Source: Candidatus Micrarchaeota archaeon
GTDB taxonomy: Archaea; Micrarchaeota; Micrarchaeia; Micrarchaeales; Micrarchaeaceae
Length of the DNA stretch: 64,000 nucleotides
Assembly (NCBI GenBank): GCA_021817565.1
Contig: JAKAUP010000007.1
Coordinates: forward strand, 152,497 to 216,496
Reading direction: 5' to 3'
Both the position numbers and the translations under genes were made by a program. Below the pieces are notes generated by a model. It was not told where the DNA came from. It saw only the letters and a list, made by a program, of their open reading frames with translations, and ran no database searches. Positions 20,427 to 31,575 of this stretch are shown piece after piece (positions within the stretch are counted from its first letter, which is position 1; each line of letters begins with the position of its first letter).

Positions 20427-20662
20427 CTTCTCTTTTTCCTGCTTTTGGGCTTTTTGGCGGCAAATAAACTACTCGTATACGCATCTGCAGCCCTCTTTTC
20501 TTCAGATATTATCCAGAAGTTTACAATACCTACAACAAAGGCAACAACCCCTACAAAATAAAAGAGGTAACTTCCTCCCGTATATATAAATATTAACACC
20601 GCAAATGCTATCAGGACAAGCGTAAGTATGGAAAGATGTAGCGGATTCCTAATATCAAACAT
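20423..20662 (-). CDS. Small two-TM membrane protein
   Basis: Two hydrophobic helices and a basic tail; ATGA overlap with topA. Confidence 0.65.
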   Translation of the reverse strand: MFDIRNPLHLSILTLVLIAFAVLIFIYTGGSYLFYFVGVVAFVVGIVNFWIISEEKRAADAYTSSLFAAKKPKSRKKRR

Positions 20663-20678
20663 CGAATCACGTGCTTAG

Positions 20679-21038
20679 ATGGGTATATACATAATCATAT
20701 TTATAACACTTATCGCAGCATTTATCGTCTCTCTGTCGCAGATACTTTTCAAAAAAGGACTATCTGGAAAAAGGATAAACGCACTGAACATAATCGGCAC
20801 AATACTCCGTTCAAGGCAGGTGTTGACGGGCGCATTAGGATACTTCGTCAGCCTAGGTGTATACCTGATAGCGCTTAAGTCTGCACCCCTATCCATAGTA
20901 TATCCGATTTTTGCAAGCAGTTTCATATTTGTCACGCTGCTCTCCTCCTTCTTCCTAAAGGAACGACTCTCGTGGACGAGGATACTCGGAATCGTGTTCA
21001 TATTCCTGGGCATACTTGTAATATCATTATCGTACTGA
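20679..21038 (+). CDS. EamA/DMT family small transporter subunit
   Basis: Four TMs; QILFKKG, PLSIVYP, FLKE motifs. Confidence 0.85.
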   Translation: MGIYIIIFITLIAAFIVSLSQILFKKGLSGKRINALNIIGTILRSRQVLTGALGYFVSLGVYLIALKSAPLSIVYPIFASSFIFVTLLSSFFLKERLSWTRILGIVFIFLGILVISLSY

Positions 21039-21042
21039 TCAT

Positions 21043-21363
21043 ATGTCGAAAAAAAAGGAGAATCTGCTGTTGCTCGTGGTTTCCACGCTTTTGGGAGCGG
21101 TCGCGCAATTGGTCTTCAAGATATCGCTCAATTCTGGGGAAATGCTCTTGTTGGTTCTGGGGGTTGGTATATACCTAGTATCGAGCCTGATATACCTGTA
21201 TGTAATATCAAGGGCGCACTTGAGCTGGGCATACGGCGTAGGCGGTCTGAGCTACATATTCGCGGTGCTGCTCGCGGCCCTCTTCATAGAGGAGGTGCCG
21301 GTCATAAGGTGGGTCGGGGTAGGCATCATAGCGATAGGCGTATTCCTCATATCGGCAAGCTGA
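21043..21363 (+). CDS. EamA/DMT family small transporter subunit
   Basis: Four TMs; AQLVFK, LSWAY; paired with the upstream gene. Confidence 0.8.
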   Translation: MSKKKENLLLLVVSTLLGAVAQLVFKISLNSGEMLLLVLGVGIYLVSSLIYLYVISRAHLSWAYGVGGLSYIFAVLLAALFIEEVPVIRWVGVGIIAIGVFLISAS

Positions 21364-21466
21364 AGCGCTCCTTGAAAAAAGTAAAAGAAATGGTAGAGAA
21401 GTGCGCACAATTACAACCTATATATAAATTACTTTCACACATATATAACGAATCTTAGGTGTGATT

Positions 21467-21697
21467 ATGGTAGTAGCTACTGTGAGTCCTTTGTACGCTG
21501 TTGCGGCATCCATTGCCATCGCAGGTGGACTAATAGGAACTGGAATGGCGCAGCAGGGAATAGGCGCTGCAGGTATGGGTATCATAGCGGAAAAGCCGGA
21601 AAAATTCGGGCAGGTGCTGTTTTTCTTCGTAATACCGGAAACCTTGTGGATAATCGGTTTCGTTCTCGGGCTTATATTGCTTTTGCAGATTCTCTAA
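21467..21697 (+). CDS. atpK: A/V-type ATP synthase subunit K (c)
   Basis: Single hairpin proteolipid with AQQGIGAAG and IPETL (ion-binding Glu). Confidence 0.92.
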   Translation: MVVATVSPLYAVAASIAIAGGLIGTGMAQQGIGAAGMGIIAEKPEKFGQVLFFFVIPETLWIIGFVLGLILLLQIL

Positions 21698-21705
21698 GGG
21701 ATTAG

Positions 21706-22320
21706 ATGGCTCTCGAGGAGGTAATAAAGAGTATAAACCTCGATGCAAAGAAAAAAGCGGAAGTACTGCTGGAGCGCGCAGCATCCGAGTCGGAGAAGGT
21801 AATACGAGAGGCGAAAGAGAAGGCGGCATCAGATTTGGAAAAGGCAAAGTCAGAGGCGGAATCGGATGCGAAGTCCGAAAAGGAGAGGGCCATGCTTTCA
21901 AAGAGGATGGAGCTGAACCGGGAGTACTACAGGAAGCTGAACAGCACGATAAACGAGACAAAGACTGAGATGCGGGAGCATGCAAACGAACTAAGAAACG
22001 GTGAAACATACGGGAAATTGCTAGGTGAGCTCTACAGAAGGGCCGTCTCACAGCTCGGGGAGGGATGCGTGGTGCATGCAAGGCCTGAGGACCTCCGCTC
22101 AATCAGCGCCTCAAAAAGCAGCAAGCTCGTGCCAGACAACAGCATCGTCGGCGGCATTATATGCAGCTCAGAGGACGGATCTGTAGGCATAGACTATTCA
22201 CTGAACGGGATCATGGATAAGCTGAACGAGGGGATAACCCTCGCAGTATCGGAGTCTGCAACAAGAGGGGAAGAGAGACCAAACGCAAAGAAACGAGGAG
22301 GCCGCGGAAAGAAGGCATAA
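21706..22320 (+). CDS. atpE: A/V-type ATP synthase subunit E
   Basis: Coiled coil plus GGII..SEDG...DYS motif; operon position. Confidence 0.88.
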   Translation: MALEEVIKSINLDAKKKAEVLLERAASESEKVIREAKEKAASDLEKAKSEAESDAKSEKERAMLSKRMELNREYYRKLNSTINETKTEMREHANELRNGETYGKLLGELYRRAVSQLGEGCVVHARPEDLRSISASKSSKLVPDNSIVGGIICSSEDGSVGIDYSLNGIMDKLNEGITLAVSESATRGEERPNAKKRGGRGKKA

Positions 22321-22330
22321 GTGGTATCGG

Positions 22331-23386
22331 ATGGACAACACATTTACCGGAAAGTACGGGAACCTGAGGGCAGCGAGCCTCAACTTCCTCTCAAAGAACT
22401 TCATAGAGGAGCTTCTGAAGAAGGAGCAGGGGGATTTCATTCCTTCCCTTTCCCGGACCAACTACAAGCACGAAATAGACCGGCTGATAAACATGTATCC
22501 GATGCCGGATTCTGTGGAGGTGATAATAAACAGCCACATGGTCGGTTCGCTTTCCAACGCCTACGCCATGATGCCACCGCTTGCACGGGATTTCGTAAGG
22601 GCGTATTCCGCGAAGTGGGACATAGAGAACATCAAGGGAATACTCTCTGCAAAGGCGTCAGGGTATGAGCTTTCCCAGACGGAATCGTTCCTTGTGGTGC
22701 AACAGAACAACCCAATATCTACAATCAGCGGTTCCATAACGGCGCAACAGTACTCAGAGATGCTCGGGTTAGGCGGCGTTGAAGAGATAATAAACTACCT
22801 CGTCCGTTTCGGGTACGGGGCAATCATGCTGAAGAGTATAGACGAGTACCGGAACACGCGCGACCTGTCATCCATGTTTCTTGCTCTTGACATGCACTAC
22901 TACTCAAACTTGCTACAGAGCCTGAGGTTCTACAACGGGGACGAGTGGCAGGCATCGGCATTCGTGCGCGAGCTCATAGACTGGAAGAACATCATCTCTG
23001 TAATAAAAGCCACAAGCTTCGGAAAGCATGAAGGAAAGGGATTCGCAATAGGCGGCGGCAACATACGCGAGGAACATATATACACCATGACAGGAAAGGA
23101 AATACAGTCGCTAAAAGGGGACATACCATACGAGATAGATTGGGCGTTCGAGGCGTATAAGTCGGATCCTCTCATAATATACTTTGACTCTGCAATAAAA
23201 AGGGCGATATATAAAAAGTATCTGAAGATGTTCGGCTCTTCGCCATCATCGTTGTCATACATCATGAGGTTTATACTAAGATGCGAGATAGAGAGAGACG
23301 ACCTGCGTTCGATATGGCTCATCAAGCATTACGGTATAAAAGGGTTGAGAGCGGAATCCACAATAACGACAAGTTATATCGAATAA
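22331..23386 (+). CDS. atpC: A/V-type ATP synthase subunit C (AC39)
   Basis: WDIENIK and IDWKNI repeats; operon position. Confidence 0.88.
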   Translation: MDNTFTGKYGNLRAASLNFLSKNFIEELLKKEQGDFIPSLSRTNYKHEIDRLINMYPMPDSVEVIINSHMVGSLSNAYAMMPPLARDFVRAYSAKWDIENIKGILSAKASGYELSQTESFLVVQQNNPISTISGSITAQQYSEMLGLGGVEEIINYLVRFGYGAIMLKSIDEYRNTRDLSSMFLALDMHYYSNLLQSLRFYNGDEWQASAFVRELIDWKNIISVIKATSFGKHEGKGFAIGGGNIREEHIYTMTGKEIQSLKGDIPYEIDWAFEAYKSDPLIIYFDSAIKRAIYKKYLKMFGSSPSSLSYIMRFILRCEIERDDLRSIWLIKHYGIKGLRAESTITTSYIE

Positions 23387-23396
23387 GTGTATAGGG

Positions 23397-23732
23397 ATGA
23401 ACGGAAAAATCGGGATAGTGGCGGAAAGGTACATAAGCATGGGATTCGAGTTGGTAGGGATAAAGGACGTCTTCATAAGGAGCGGGCAGGAAGCCGCATC
23501 GACGGTCGACCATCTTATATCCCAGAACGAGTACGCTTTGATAGTGTGCGAGGAGAAAATCAAGGAGAGCATGGAGGGGGCGCGAGTCAGGGAGCTGGAG
23601 ACATCAATCAACCCCTTGGTAATATTCATACCCTCTTACGGCGCATCCGGAAACACGGAAAGCGTTAGCGTTATGGCGAAGAGAATACTTGGAGTTAAGA
23701 TAGGAAACATTGGTGAGAAAAATGAGCGGTAA
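23397..23732 (+). CDS. atpF: A/V-type ATP synthase subunit F
   Basis: GFELVG, P.VIFIP, KRILGV. Confidence 0.9.
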   Translation: MNGKIGIVAERYISMGFELVGIKDVFIRSGQEAASTVDHLISQNEYALIVCEEKIKESMEGARVRELETSINPLVIFIPSYGASGNTESVSVMAKRILGVKIGNIGEKNER

Positions 23733-25467
23733 GATATACAGGGTATCAGGACCTGTGGTTATATCGGTTGGACTCGAGAATCCGAGCATGTACGACGTGG
23801 TTAAGGTTGGTAAGCTTGGGCTTATAGGCGAGATAATAAAAATAGATGGAGAAAGGTCAATCATACAGGTTTATGAGGACACGACGGGAATAAGGCCTGG
23901 GGAGGTGGTGGAAAATACGCACTCACAGCTTTCAGTAACGCTGGGTCCAGGGCTTCTCGGCTCGATATACGACGGAATACAGCGTCCGCTTGACAAGATA
24001 AAGGAAGAGAGCGGCGATTTCATAGAAAGAGGCGTAACCGCTGTGCCGATAGACCAGCAAAGGCGTTGGCACTTTGTCCCTAAAGTGAATAACAACACAG
24101 AAGTAGCTGGGGGAGACATCATAGGTGAGGTGAGGGAAACAGAGCTCATAATGCACAAGATCATGGTTCCAGTAGGGATAGCAGGCACAATCAGCGGATT
24201 AAAGGAAGGGGATTACACAGTGGAAGAGCGCATAGCCGCGGTCAGCAAAGGTGGCAAGAGCAGCGAGATAAGGCTCTCCCAAAAGTGGAACGTCAGGTCG
24301 CACAGGCCCGTGCGCGAGAAGATAGCGCCTAACATGCCCCTCATTACCGGACAGAGGGTTATAGACTCGCTCTTCCCGGTCGCAAAGGGCGGAACGGCAG
24401 CAGTACCCGGACCATTCGGGTCAGGCAAGACAGTAATACAGCAGCAGCTGGCGAAGTGGTCTGACGCTGACGTGATTGTGTATGTTGGATGCGGCGAACG
24501 CGGGAACGAGATGGCGGACATACTCATGACCTTTCCAGAGCTATCGGATCCCAAATCCGGGAAGCCAATCATGCAAAGGACCATACTCATAGCAAACACC
24601 TCGAACATGCCAGTGGCCGCAAGGGAGGCAAGCATATACACTGGGATAACCATAGCTGAATACTACAGGGACATGGGATACAGCGTAGCGCTCATGTCCG
24701 ACAGCACATCAAGATGGGCAGAGGCGCTGAGGGAAATATCTGGGAGACTGGAAGAGATGCCCGGTGAAGAAGGGTACCCTGCATACCTTGGGAGAAGGAT
24801 AGCAGAATTCTATGAAAGGGCGGGGATGTCGACGCTGCTCAACGGCCTTACAGGTTCCATAACAGTCATAGGCGCGGTATCGCCCCCAGGCGGAGACATA
24901 TCCGAACCGGTCTCGCAGAACACGCTAAGGGCGACCAGGGTTTTCTGGGCGCTCGATTCTTCGCTCGCAAATGCGCGTCATTTCCCATCCATAAACTGGC
25001 TGAACAGCTACTCGCTGTACACAGACGATTTGGAGGAGTGGTACTCGAAAAACATATACGAGGACTGGGATAAGGTCTACAAACGATGCATGTCAATACT
25101 TCAGAAGGAGGCGGAGATAAAGGACATAGTGCAGCTTGTAGGTTATGACGCGCTGCCGGAAGAGGACAAATTAACGCTGGAGGCCGCGCAGTCAATAAGG
25201 GAGGACTTCCTCCAACAGAGCGCATACGACGAGGTCGACACATACACGACCATAAAGAAGCAGGGTTTGATGTTGAGGTGCATCATAGCGATTGACGAAG
25301 CATACAGGGTCGCATCAGAAAGGGGGGTAAGCATAGAAGAGCTGAGGAAGAACCCGGTAAGACAGAAGATATCAAGAATGAAGTTTATACCTGAAGACGA
25401 GGTGGAAGGATACTGCGCAAGTATCATGCAGGACGCGGAGCAGATAAAAGGCAAGGCGCATAAATAG
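23722..25467 (+). CDS. atpA: A/V-type ATP synthase subunit A
   Basis: [26 protein letters not shown]. Confidence 0.97.
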   Translation: MSGKIYRVSGPVVISVGLENPSMYDVVKVGKLGLIGEIIKIDGERSIIQVYEDTTGIRPGEVVENTHSQLSVTLGPGLLGSIYDGIQRPLDKIKEESGDFIERGVTAVPIDQQRRWHFVPKVNNNTEVAGGDIIGEVRETELIMHKIMVPVGIAGTISGLKEGDYTVEERIAAVSKGGKSSEIRLSQKWNVRSHRPVREKIAPNMPLITGQRVIDSLFPVAKGGTAAVPGPFGSGKTVIQQQLAKWSDADVIVYVGCGERGNEMADILMTFPELSDPKSGKPIMQRTILIANTSNMPVAAREASIYTGITIAEYYRDMGYSVALMSDSTSRWAEALREISGRLEEMPGEEGYPAYLGRRIAEFYERAGMSTLLNGLTGSITVIGAVSPPGGDISEPVSQNTLRATRVFWALDSSLANARHFPSINWLNSYSLYTDDLEEWYSKNIYEDWDKVYKRCMSILQKEAEIKDIVQLVGYDALPEEDKLTLEAAQSIREDFLQQSAYDEVDTYTTIKKQGLMLRCIIAIDEAYRVASERGVSIEELRKNPVRQKISRMKFIPEDEVEGYCASIMQDAEQIKGKAHK

Positions 25468-25475
25468 GTGTTTTG

Positions 25476-26873
25476 ATGGGAGATGTATACTACAAGACAA
25501 TAAACAAGATAACAAGCGTGCTTCTGTTCGTTGAAGGGATAAAGGACGCGGCTTATGGGGAGGTGGCTGAGGTAAGGCTGGAAGATGGACGTTCAGTGAA
25601 CGGGCAGGTATTGGACAGCAGAGAAGGCCTCACAATCATACAGTCCTTTGGGGATACGAGAAGCATGAACCTGAAGCACACAAGCGTAAAGTTCAGCGGA
25701 AGGGCGGCAACGCTGAAGGTGGGAACTGACATGCTCGGAAGGGTATTCGACGGATTGGGGAGACCGAGGGACGAAGGCCCGCCAATAAAGAGCGACGAGG
25801 AATTGGAGATAAACGGGAGCGCGATAAATCCATACTCCCGGGAAGAGCCATCAGAGTTCATACAAACCGGGATATCCACCATAGACTGCATGAATACGCT
25901 TGTGCGCGGGCAGAAGCTCCCAATATTCTCTGGAGCCGGACTTCCGCACAACAAGCTTGCCGCACAGATAGCAAGGCAGGCGAAGCTAAGAAACGAGAGC
26001 GAAGGATTTGCGGTTGTTTTTGGGGGCATGGGAATAAACAGCGAAGAGGCAAACTTCTTCAAGAAGGAGTTTGAGAGCACAGGCGCGATGGAGAAATCGG
26101 TCATGTTCCTTAACCTATCGTCGGAGCCGTCTATGGAACGGATCATACTTCCAAGGCTCGTGCTTACAACTGCGGAATATCTGGCGTACAATCAAGGTAT
26201 GCACGTACTTGCTATACTTACGGACATGACCAACTACTGCGAGGCGCTGAGGGAGGTGTCGGCAGCGAGGGAAGAGGTGCCGGGAAGGAGGGGATTCCCC
26301 GGATACATGTACACGGACCTATCGACAATCTACGAGCGTGCAGGGAAGATAAAGGGAAGGAACGGTTCAATAACGCAGATGCCGATACTAACAATGCCCA
26401 ACGACGACATAACACATCCGATACCGGACCTTACGGGCTACATAACAGAGGGGCAGGTCGTGCTGAGCCGTGAGCTCTACAGGAAGGGCGTATATCCCAA
26501 TGTGAACGTACTGCCATCACTCTCGCGTCTCATGAACCAAGGGATAGGCAAAAAGTCGACGCGCGAAGACCACAGAAATGTGGCGGACCAGCTATACGCA
26601 GCATACGCAAGAGGCATAGACGTGGGCAATCTGATAGAGATTGTCGGTTCAGAGGCACTAACAGACTCCGACAAGAAATACCTCAAGTTTGCAGAGAGTT
26701 TCGAAAAGAAGTTTGTAAGGCAGGACTACTATGAGGATAGGGACATAGAGAAGACGCTTGACATAAGCTGGGACCTCATGGGCAACCTAGATGTGGGAGA
26801 GATGAAGAGGCTGAAGCCCGAGCATATAAAGAAGTATGGGGAGTGGGAAGATGTACAACGTGAAGCTCACTAG
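25476..26873 (+). CDS. atpB: A/V-type ATP synthase subunit B
   Basis: [39 protein letters not shown]. Confidence 0.97.
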   Translation: MGDVYYKTINKITSVLLFVEGIKDAAYGEVAEVRLEDGRSVNGQVLDSREGLTIIQSFGDTRSMNLKHTSVKFSGRAATLKVGTDMLGRVFDGLGRPRDEGPPIKSDEELEINGSAINPYSREEPSEFIQTGISTIDCMNTLVRGQKLPIFSGAGLPHNKLAAQIARQAKLRNESEGFAVVFGGMGINSEEANFFKKEFESTGAMEKSVMFLNLSSEPSMERIILPRLVLTTAEYLAYNQGMHVLAILTDMTNYCEALREVSAAREEVPGRRGFPGYMYTDLSTIYERAGKIKGRNGSITQMPILTMPNDDITHPIPDLTGYITEGQVVLSRELYRKGVYPNVNVLPSLSRLMNQGIGKKSTREDHRNVADQLYAAYARGIDVGNLIEIVGSEALTDSDKKYLKFAESFEKKFVRQDYYEDRDIEKTLDISWDLMGNLDVGEMKRLKPEHIKKYGEWEDVQREAH

Positions 26874-27474
26874 ATTGGAGATGATGCGCACCAAGTCGAG
26901 GATAAAGATAGCAAAGCGTGGGCTCGAGCTCCTGAAGATGAAGCGCGCCAGCCTAGTGCTCGCGTTTTTCAATATGGTAAACGAGATCAGATTGCTCAAG
27001 GTCGACCTTTATAAGACGATGGACGATGCGGAGGATAGGATAAAGATAGCGGAGATGTATTCCGGAAAGATAAGGCTCGAAGGGATAGCGATAGAGCAGA
27101 GCAAGATAGGGGTATCTGTGGAGGCCAAGAACATCATGGGGGTAAAGATACCAAACGTGAAGCTTGAGGAAAGGACTAGGGAGAACGTGCCGTATGAGCT
27201 GATCTCAATCCCTTCCGCAGTGTACGATGCAAAGGAGAGCTTCGAGAGGGCATTCCATACGTTGATAGAGATAGCGGAGAAGGAAAACTCGCTAAGGAAA
27301 CTGCTCAAGGAGATAGAGAAGCTTAACAGGAGATCCAACGCCATAGAGAACGTGGCTGTGCCTAAGATGGAGGGTATCGTGAGATACATAGGCCAGGGTT
27401 TGGAGGACATAGAGAGGGATCAGCTGGTTTCGTTAAAGTTCATAAAAGGTAAGATAAATGCTGAAGCAGGATGA
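26851..27474 (+). CDS. atpD: A/V-type ATP synthase subunit D
   Basis: TRLEM, G..LLK.KR, NIMGV.IP, RR.NAIE. Confidence 0.93.
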   Translation: MYNVKLTRLEMMRTKSRIKIAKRGLELLKMKRASLVLAFFNMVNEIRLLKVDLYKTMDDAEDRIKIAEMYSGKIRLEGIAIEQSKIGVSVEAKNIMGVKIPNVKLEERTRENVPYELISIPSAVYDAKESFERAFHTLIEIAEKENSLRKLLKEIEKLNRRSNAIENVAVPKMEGIVRYIGQGLEDIERDQLVSLKFIKGKINAEAG

Positions 27475-27583
27475 TGGTAAAAAGGCAGTGAGAAGATTCA
27501 GGGTGATACGGACGGCATTTATGCTGTTCAACATATCCGTTTCAATACTGCTTATAATGATGTTTGTAATGCGGTTGTTTTGA
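27458..27583 (+). CDS. Uncalled 41-aa single-TM protein within the ATPase operon
   Basis: [41 protein letters not shown]; start overlaps the atpD end and its stop overlaps the atpH start (TGATG). Confidence 0.65.
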   Translation: MLKQDDGKKAVRRFRVIRTAFMLFNISVSILLIMMFVMRLF

Positions 27584-27900
27584 TGGGCGGACTAGATACT
27601 TTGGAGAGAATAAAAAAGGCGGAGGAGGAAGCGCAGCTCGGAGTCTCAAGAGCGGAAGAAGAGTATAAAAAGGAAATAGAGCAGGCAAAGCGCGCCGCGC
27701 AAGAGATAATCAGCAAGGCGGAAGAAGGGAAAAGGCAGCTCAGGGAGAGGATAATGGCGCAGTCAAGAATGGAAATAGACGAAGAGACAGAAAGGTTAAA
27801 GGAAGACTACAAGAAAAGGATAGCCTCTATAAGGAAGCCAAGCAAGGAAGAGGAGATCTGGATCCTAGAAGAAGAGATAAAGAGATTCTTCGGTGTATGA
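27583..27900 (+). CDS. atpH: A/V-type ATP synthase subunit H (G, peripheral stalk)
   Basis: L..IKKAEEEA coiled coil; directly before subunit I. Confidence 0.8.
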   Translation: MGGLDTLERIKKAEEEAQLGVSRAEEEYKKEIEQAKRAAQEIISKAEEGKRQLRERIMAQSRMEIDEETERLKEDYKKRIASIRKPSKEEEIWILEEEIKRFFGV

Positions 27901-27912
27901 TGGGGTATAAAG

Positions 27913-29859
27913 ATGTTCATAAGCGCAAAGATGAGCAAAATACTGATAACAACAACAAAGGGCAACTATGGGGTTGTACTGTCCGCGTTGCACGACGTAG
28001 GCGCAATGCAGATCGAGCAGCTTAATCCTGATTTGGGGCTGAAGGCTGCGGAGAGCACAATGTACCACGACATAACGGGACTTGCGCAGCGTTTTAGGAG
28101 CCTGCACGGGATGCTCATTCCACAGGAAGCGAAGAAAACAAAGCCATTCAATGACATAGACCAGCTTGTCGAAGCGGCAAAGAAGGTAAAAATAGACGAT
28201 AGGGTAATATGGCTAAGCAAGCAGATATCCGCAACAAACGGGATAATAACCTCGCTTGAAGACCGTCTCTCAATAATATCCATGATGGAAGGGTTCGACG
28301 GAGAGCTATCCATACTCAACTCCCAGAATGTGGTATCATTCTTCGCCAGAGCGGGCAAGAAGAACGGGAAGAAGGAAAGAGAGTTCGAGCAGGAGATGCT
28401 GAAATTCCAGGCGGAAAGTGTGGTAACCCCACTCAAAAACGGGACAATAATAAGCATAGAGAGGACAAAGGAGGCAAAGCTGGGCGAGGTCGCGTCAAAA
28501 AGCAGCATAACATTGATACCAATACCGAGGGAACGGGGTTCGATAGAGCACGCTTCGCAAAGGATAAAGGAGCGCATAACGCTCGCAAAGGAGAAGCTGA
28601 TTGAACTAACTGGGGAACTTGAACGCATCTCCAAGGAGCACTACCCCGCAGTCAGCGCAATAATGGAGCAGCTCGAGCTTGAGGCTGCAAAGCAGGACAT
28701 AACAACAAAGCTTGGGCAGACAAGTTCAACAATTTCCGTGGAGGGGTGGGTGCCGGAAAAGCTGCTCAAGCAGCTCGAGAAAACGCTCACTAGGGCAACC
28801 TCCGGGAAGGTGGTGATAAACGAGATAAAGACGGATGAGATCGCCCCTACGAAGATGGAGAATCCAAGGTGGTCAAGGCTCTATGAATTCTTCATCAGGT
28901 TCTACTCATTGCCGCAGAGCAATGAGCTTGATCCAACGATAATATTCGCGGTGCTCTTTCCTATATTCTTCGGCTTCATGGTGGGGGACTTCGGGTACGG
29001 GGCGGTAATGCTAATATTCTCAATATGGCTCTCGCACAGGATAAAACACCCGCCAAACAAGAGCAGGATACCAAAGAAGATATCCAAGTTCGTGCATACG
29101 ATAATAAGCGACAACGGCCTTTTCTTCATATCGCGCGCGATAATGCCGGGGGCGGTAATAGCGATGGCACTCGGAATAATATTCAACAACTACTTCGGGT
29201 TTGTTCTCCCATACTACACAGCGCTATTCAACGTACAGACCGGGCTTAGCAAACTGTTGCTTCTGGCCGGATGGATAGGTGTCGGCGCAGTATCAGTAGG
29301 TCTCATACTCGGATTTATCAACAACATGCGGGTAAGGAACAGGAAGCATGCGTATGCGAAGTTGGGATGGCTGATAACCGCATGGGGCATAGTGCTTACC
29401 GGGCTGCTTGTGCTCCACAGGCAGAGCATCGGCCTTTCAAATCCGATATCGCTCGTTTACATATTGGCGATAATTGCAGGCATCATTGTATTCCTCATAG
29501 GGGAGGGCGTGCAGTCCCTGATGGAACTCCCATCGATAGTGAGCCACATACTCTCATACACAAGATTGGTAGGTATACTTCTCGCATCGTTCATACTCGC
29601 GCAAGTGATAGACCTGGTGTTCACCAGCACGATACACGTGTCAATCCTTCTCGCGATATTCGGCATAGCGATACTTGCGATAGGCCAGATCTTCAACCTG
29701 GTCATTGCTGTATTCGAACCAGGAATACAAGGCGCACGTCTCATATACGTTGAATTCTTCTCGAAGTTCTTTGTCGGGAACGGAAAGGAGTTCAGACCAT
29801 TCAAAAATGAGAGGAAGCACACATTCAGCAATTTCTCTTTGGAAGGAGAAGAGGATTAG
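27913..29859 (+). CDS. atpI: A/V-type ATP synthase subunit I (a)
   Basis: EGWVP, DPT, FFGFMVGDFGYG, SYTRL, RLIYVEFFSKFF. Confidence 0.95.
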   Translation: MFISAKMSKILITTTKGNYGVVLSALHDVGAMQIEQLNPDLGLKAAESTMYHDITGLAQRFRSLHGMLIPQEAKKTKPFNDIDQLVEAAKKVKIDDRVIWLSKQISATNGIITSLEDRLSIISMMEGFDGELSILNSQNVVSFFARAGKKNGKKEREFEQEMLKFQAESVVTPLKNGTIISIERTKEAKLGEVASKSSITLIPIPRERGSIEHASQRIKERITLAKEKLIELTGELERISKEHYPAVSAIMEQLELEAAKQDITTKLGQTSSTISVEGWVPEKLLKQLEKTLTRATSGKVVINEIKTDEIAPTKMENPRWSRLYEFFIRFYSLPQSNELDPTIIFAVLFPIFFGFMVGDFGYGAVMLIFSIWLSHRIKHPPNKSRIPKKISKFVHTIISDNGLFFISRAIMPGAVIAMALGIIFNNYFGFVLPYYTALFNVQTGLSKLLLLAGWIGVGAVSVGLILGFINNMRVRNRKHAYAKLGWLITAWGIVLTGLLVLHRQSIGLSNPISLVYILAIIAGIIVFLIGEGVQSLMELPSIVSHILSYTRLVGILLASFILAQVIDLVFTSTIHVSILLAIFGIAILAIGQIFNLVIAVFEPGIQGARLIYVEFFSKFFVGNGKEFRPFKNERKHTFSNFSLEGEED

Positions 29860-29866
29860 TGTCCGG

Positions 29867-30175
29867 CTATGCGGCCACCATCCTTATCTGTATGGAACTT
29901 ACCTTTGTCTTTGTCCCATCCTCGTTTGTAAGCTCTTCCGAGGACGTTAGTATCTCCTTGTTTCTCACGTTGTTCAGGTACCTGTTTCTCACTATCTCGA
30001 ATACATCGACAGCCTTAGATATTGCCTGCCCGCGTGCCTTTATGGTCACTGAACCAACACCGCTGTTGAACTGGGTCACAACTGCAAGCACGTAGTTGAT
30101 CGTTGGCTTCTTTCCAATGTATATCACATTTTCCTCCTTCTTCTCTGTTGTTTCTGGGTTGTTCTGTTCGTCCAT
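29867..30175 (-). CDS. albA: DNA/RNA-binding protein Alba
   Basis: [40 protein letters not shown] before MDEQNN. Confidence 0.95.
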   Translation of the reverse strand: MDEQNNPETTEKKEENVIYIGKKPTINYVLAVVTQFNSGVGSVTIKARGQAISKAVDVFEIVRNRYLNNVRNKEILTSSEELTNEDGTKTKVSSIQIRMVAA

Positions 30176-30614
30176 AGGATCACCTGAATTCGCATTTACC
30201 ATTAAAATACCAAGCATCGCTGCCAGGAAAGCGAACTAAATCTAATTGTAGGAGAAGCCCTATATACCTTAGTGTTTTCGGTTTTATAGGAAGCTGACAT
30301 TATATTTTTATCATCATAACACCCCCTCATTATTTTGACGTCCCACCCAAACTCAATTTACCCATATTTTACCACATACGCAATCATGCATATGTATATG
30401 TGCATCACAATCTCTTTGCACTATGACCCGTGCAATCGCGTAAATCGCGGCATTTTGTCCTCTGTCCAATATATTTTCATGGAATCTTTGCTCCTGGCAA
30501 GACGACCAACTAAAGTTGGTCTCTCAGGAGCCCGACTTTATGCTCATAAAGCTGACGACGAAAGAGAGAAGAGAAAATCCCACAAATTATATCCGCGGGC
30601 AATGTCTAAATTTG

Positions 30615-31556
30615 TCAATTTCTTATGTTTTTACCGCTAGGGCCGGTGTGCGCATCCCTCCTACCTCCGCTTCTACCTCCGGAGCCCTTCCGCATATGCT
30701 CATCAATCGTCTTCCTTACCTCAGCATCCACATCAATATCCACCCCCTCCTCCTTGAATATCATAAGCGGATAAGCGATCGCAATCTCGGACAACAGGTA
30801 TACCTCATTCACAATCTTTGCCTTCTTCGCTATCTGCATCTCGCCTTTGACAGAATCAAGTATGTCGCCTACCGCTTCCCTAAACAGTTTGATTGCGCGC
30901 TCGCTTTCAATACCCTCTCTAAGTATCGTTCTGGCCTCAGCCTCGCCTTTTGCAGCAATGCCTGTCGTCCCCTCAAAAGCCTTCCCGAAATTTCTCATGT
31001 ACTCCGGCATCACGAAATAGAACGCCTTGTAGAACGCTACTCCAAAGACATTCGCGTAAGAGTACCTTATGATAATGTTTGTATAAATAATCCTTTCCTT
31101 CCAGTCCTGTATCCTCTCAATGTGCTCAAATACGGCGATTGCCTGGTTGCTCGGCTTGTCCGGCTTCCGCCCGATTCCCTGTATGAGGTTCCTTATGGCG
31201 CGGGCGTGCTTTTCTGCTGCATCCGCCATATTAGAATACATTTCTGCATACTCCCTCTTTTCGGGAGCAGGCTCAGACGACCACCTTCTGTATATCTGTG
31301 CAGTCCGTTCCTCGCCATAAAGGAAGAGGCTGAGTATATGTGCGACGCTCGCCATCTCAAAAATTACACCGTTTGGTAGCTTGACATAGTTAGAGGTAAC
31401 CTCCCCGCGCTTCCTCTTTACGTCAATAAAGCTTGCAGCATACCTTATCGCATCTATCGGATTCTTCCTTATGTACTCATATACATACGGCGTTACCCAT
31501 GCAGGTATGCCGTATTTCTCAATGAGCTTGTCCGCAAACCCGAAATCCTTTTTCAT
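30615..31556 (-). CDS. Ferritin-like helical protein of unknown function
   Basis: GEERT...EKHA (E...ExxH) pattern in a helical protein. Confidence 0.5.
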   Translation of the reverse strand: MKKDFGFADKLIEKYGIPAWVTPYVYEYIRKNPIDAIRYAASFIDVKRKRGEVTSNYVKLPNGVIFEMASVAHILSLFLYGEERTAQIYRRWSSEPAPEKREYAEMYSNMADAAEKHARAIRNLIQGIGRKPDKPSNQAIAVFEHIERIQDWKERIIYTNIIIRYSYANVFGVAFYKAFYFVMPEYMRNFGKAFEGTTGIAAKGEAEARTILREGIESERAIKLFREAVGDILDSVKGEMQIAKKAKIVNEVYLLSEIAIAYPLMIFKEEGVDIDVDAEVRKTIDEHMRKGSGGRSGGRRDAHTGPSGKNIRN

Positions 31557-31575
31557 CCCATCGCTTTGCTGTTAT

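Noticed and set aside
30530..30570. Hammerhead-like CTGACGA...GAAA, and resemblance to fluoride or glycine riboswitches or RNase P CR-I
   Set aside because: No stem II between CTGACGA and GAAA, and the other required conserved elements are missing; kept only as an unassigned structured region.
30516..31379. 287-aa plus-strand ORF
   Set aside because: Antisense to the operonic 30615..31556 gene, with unnatural composition.
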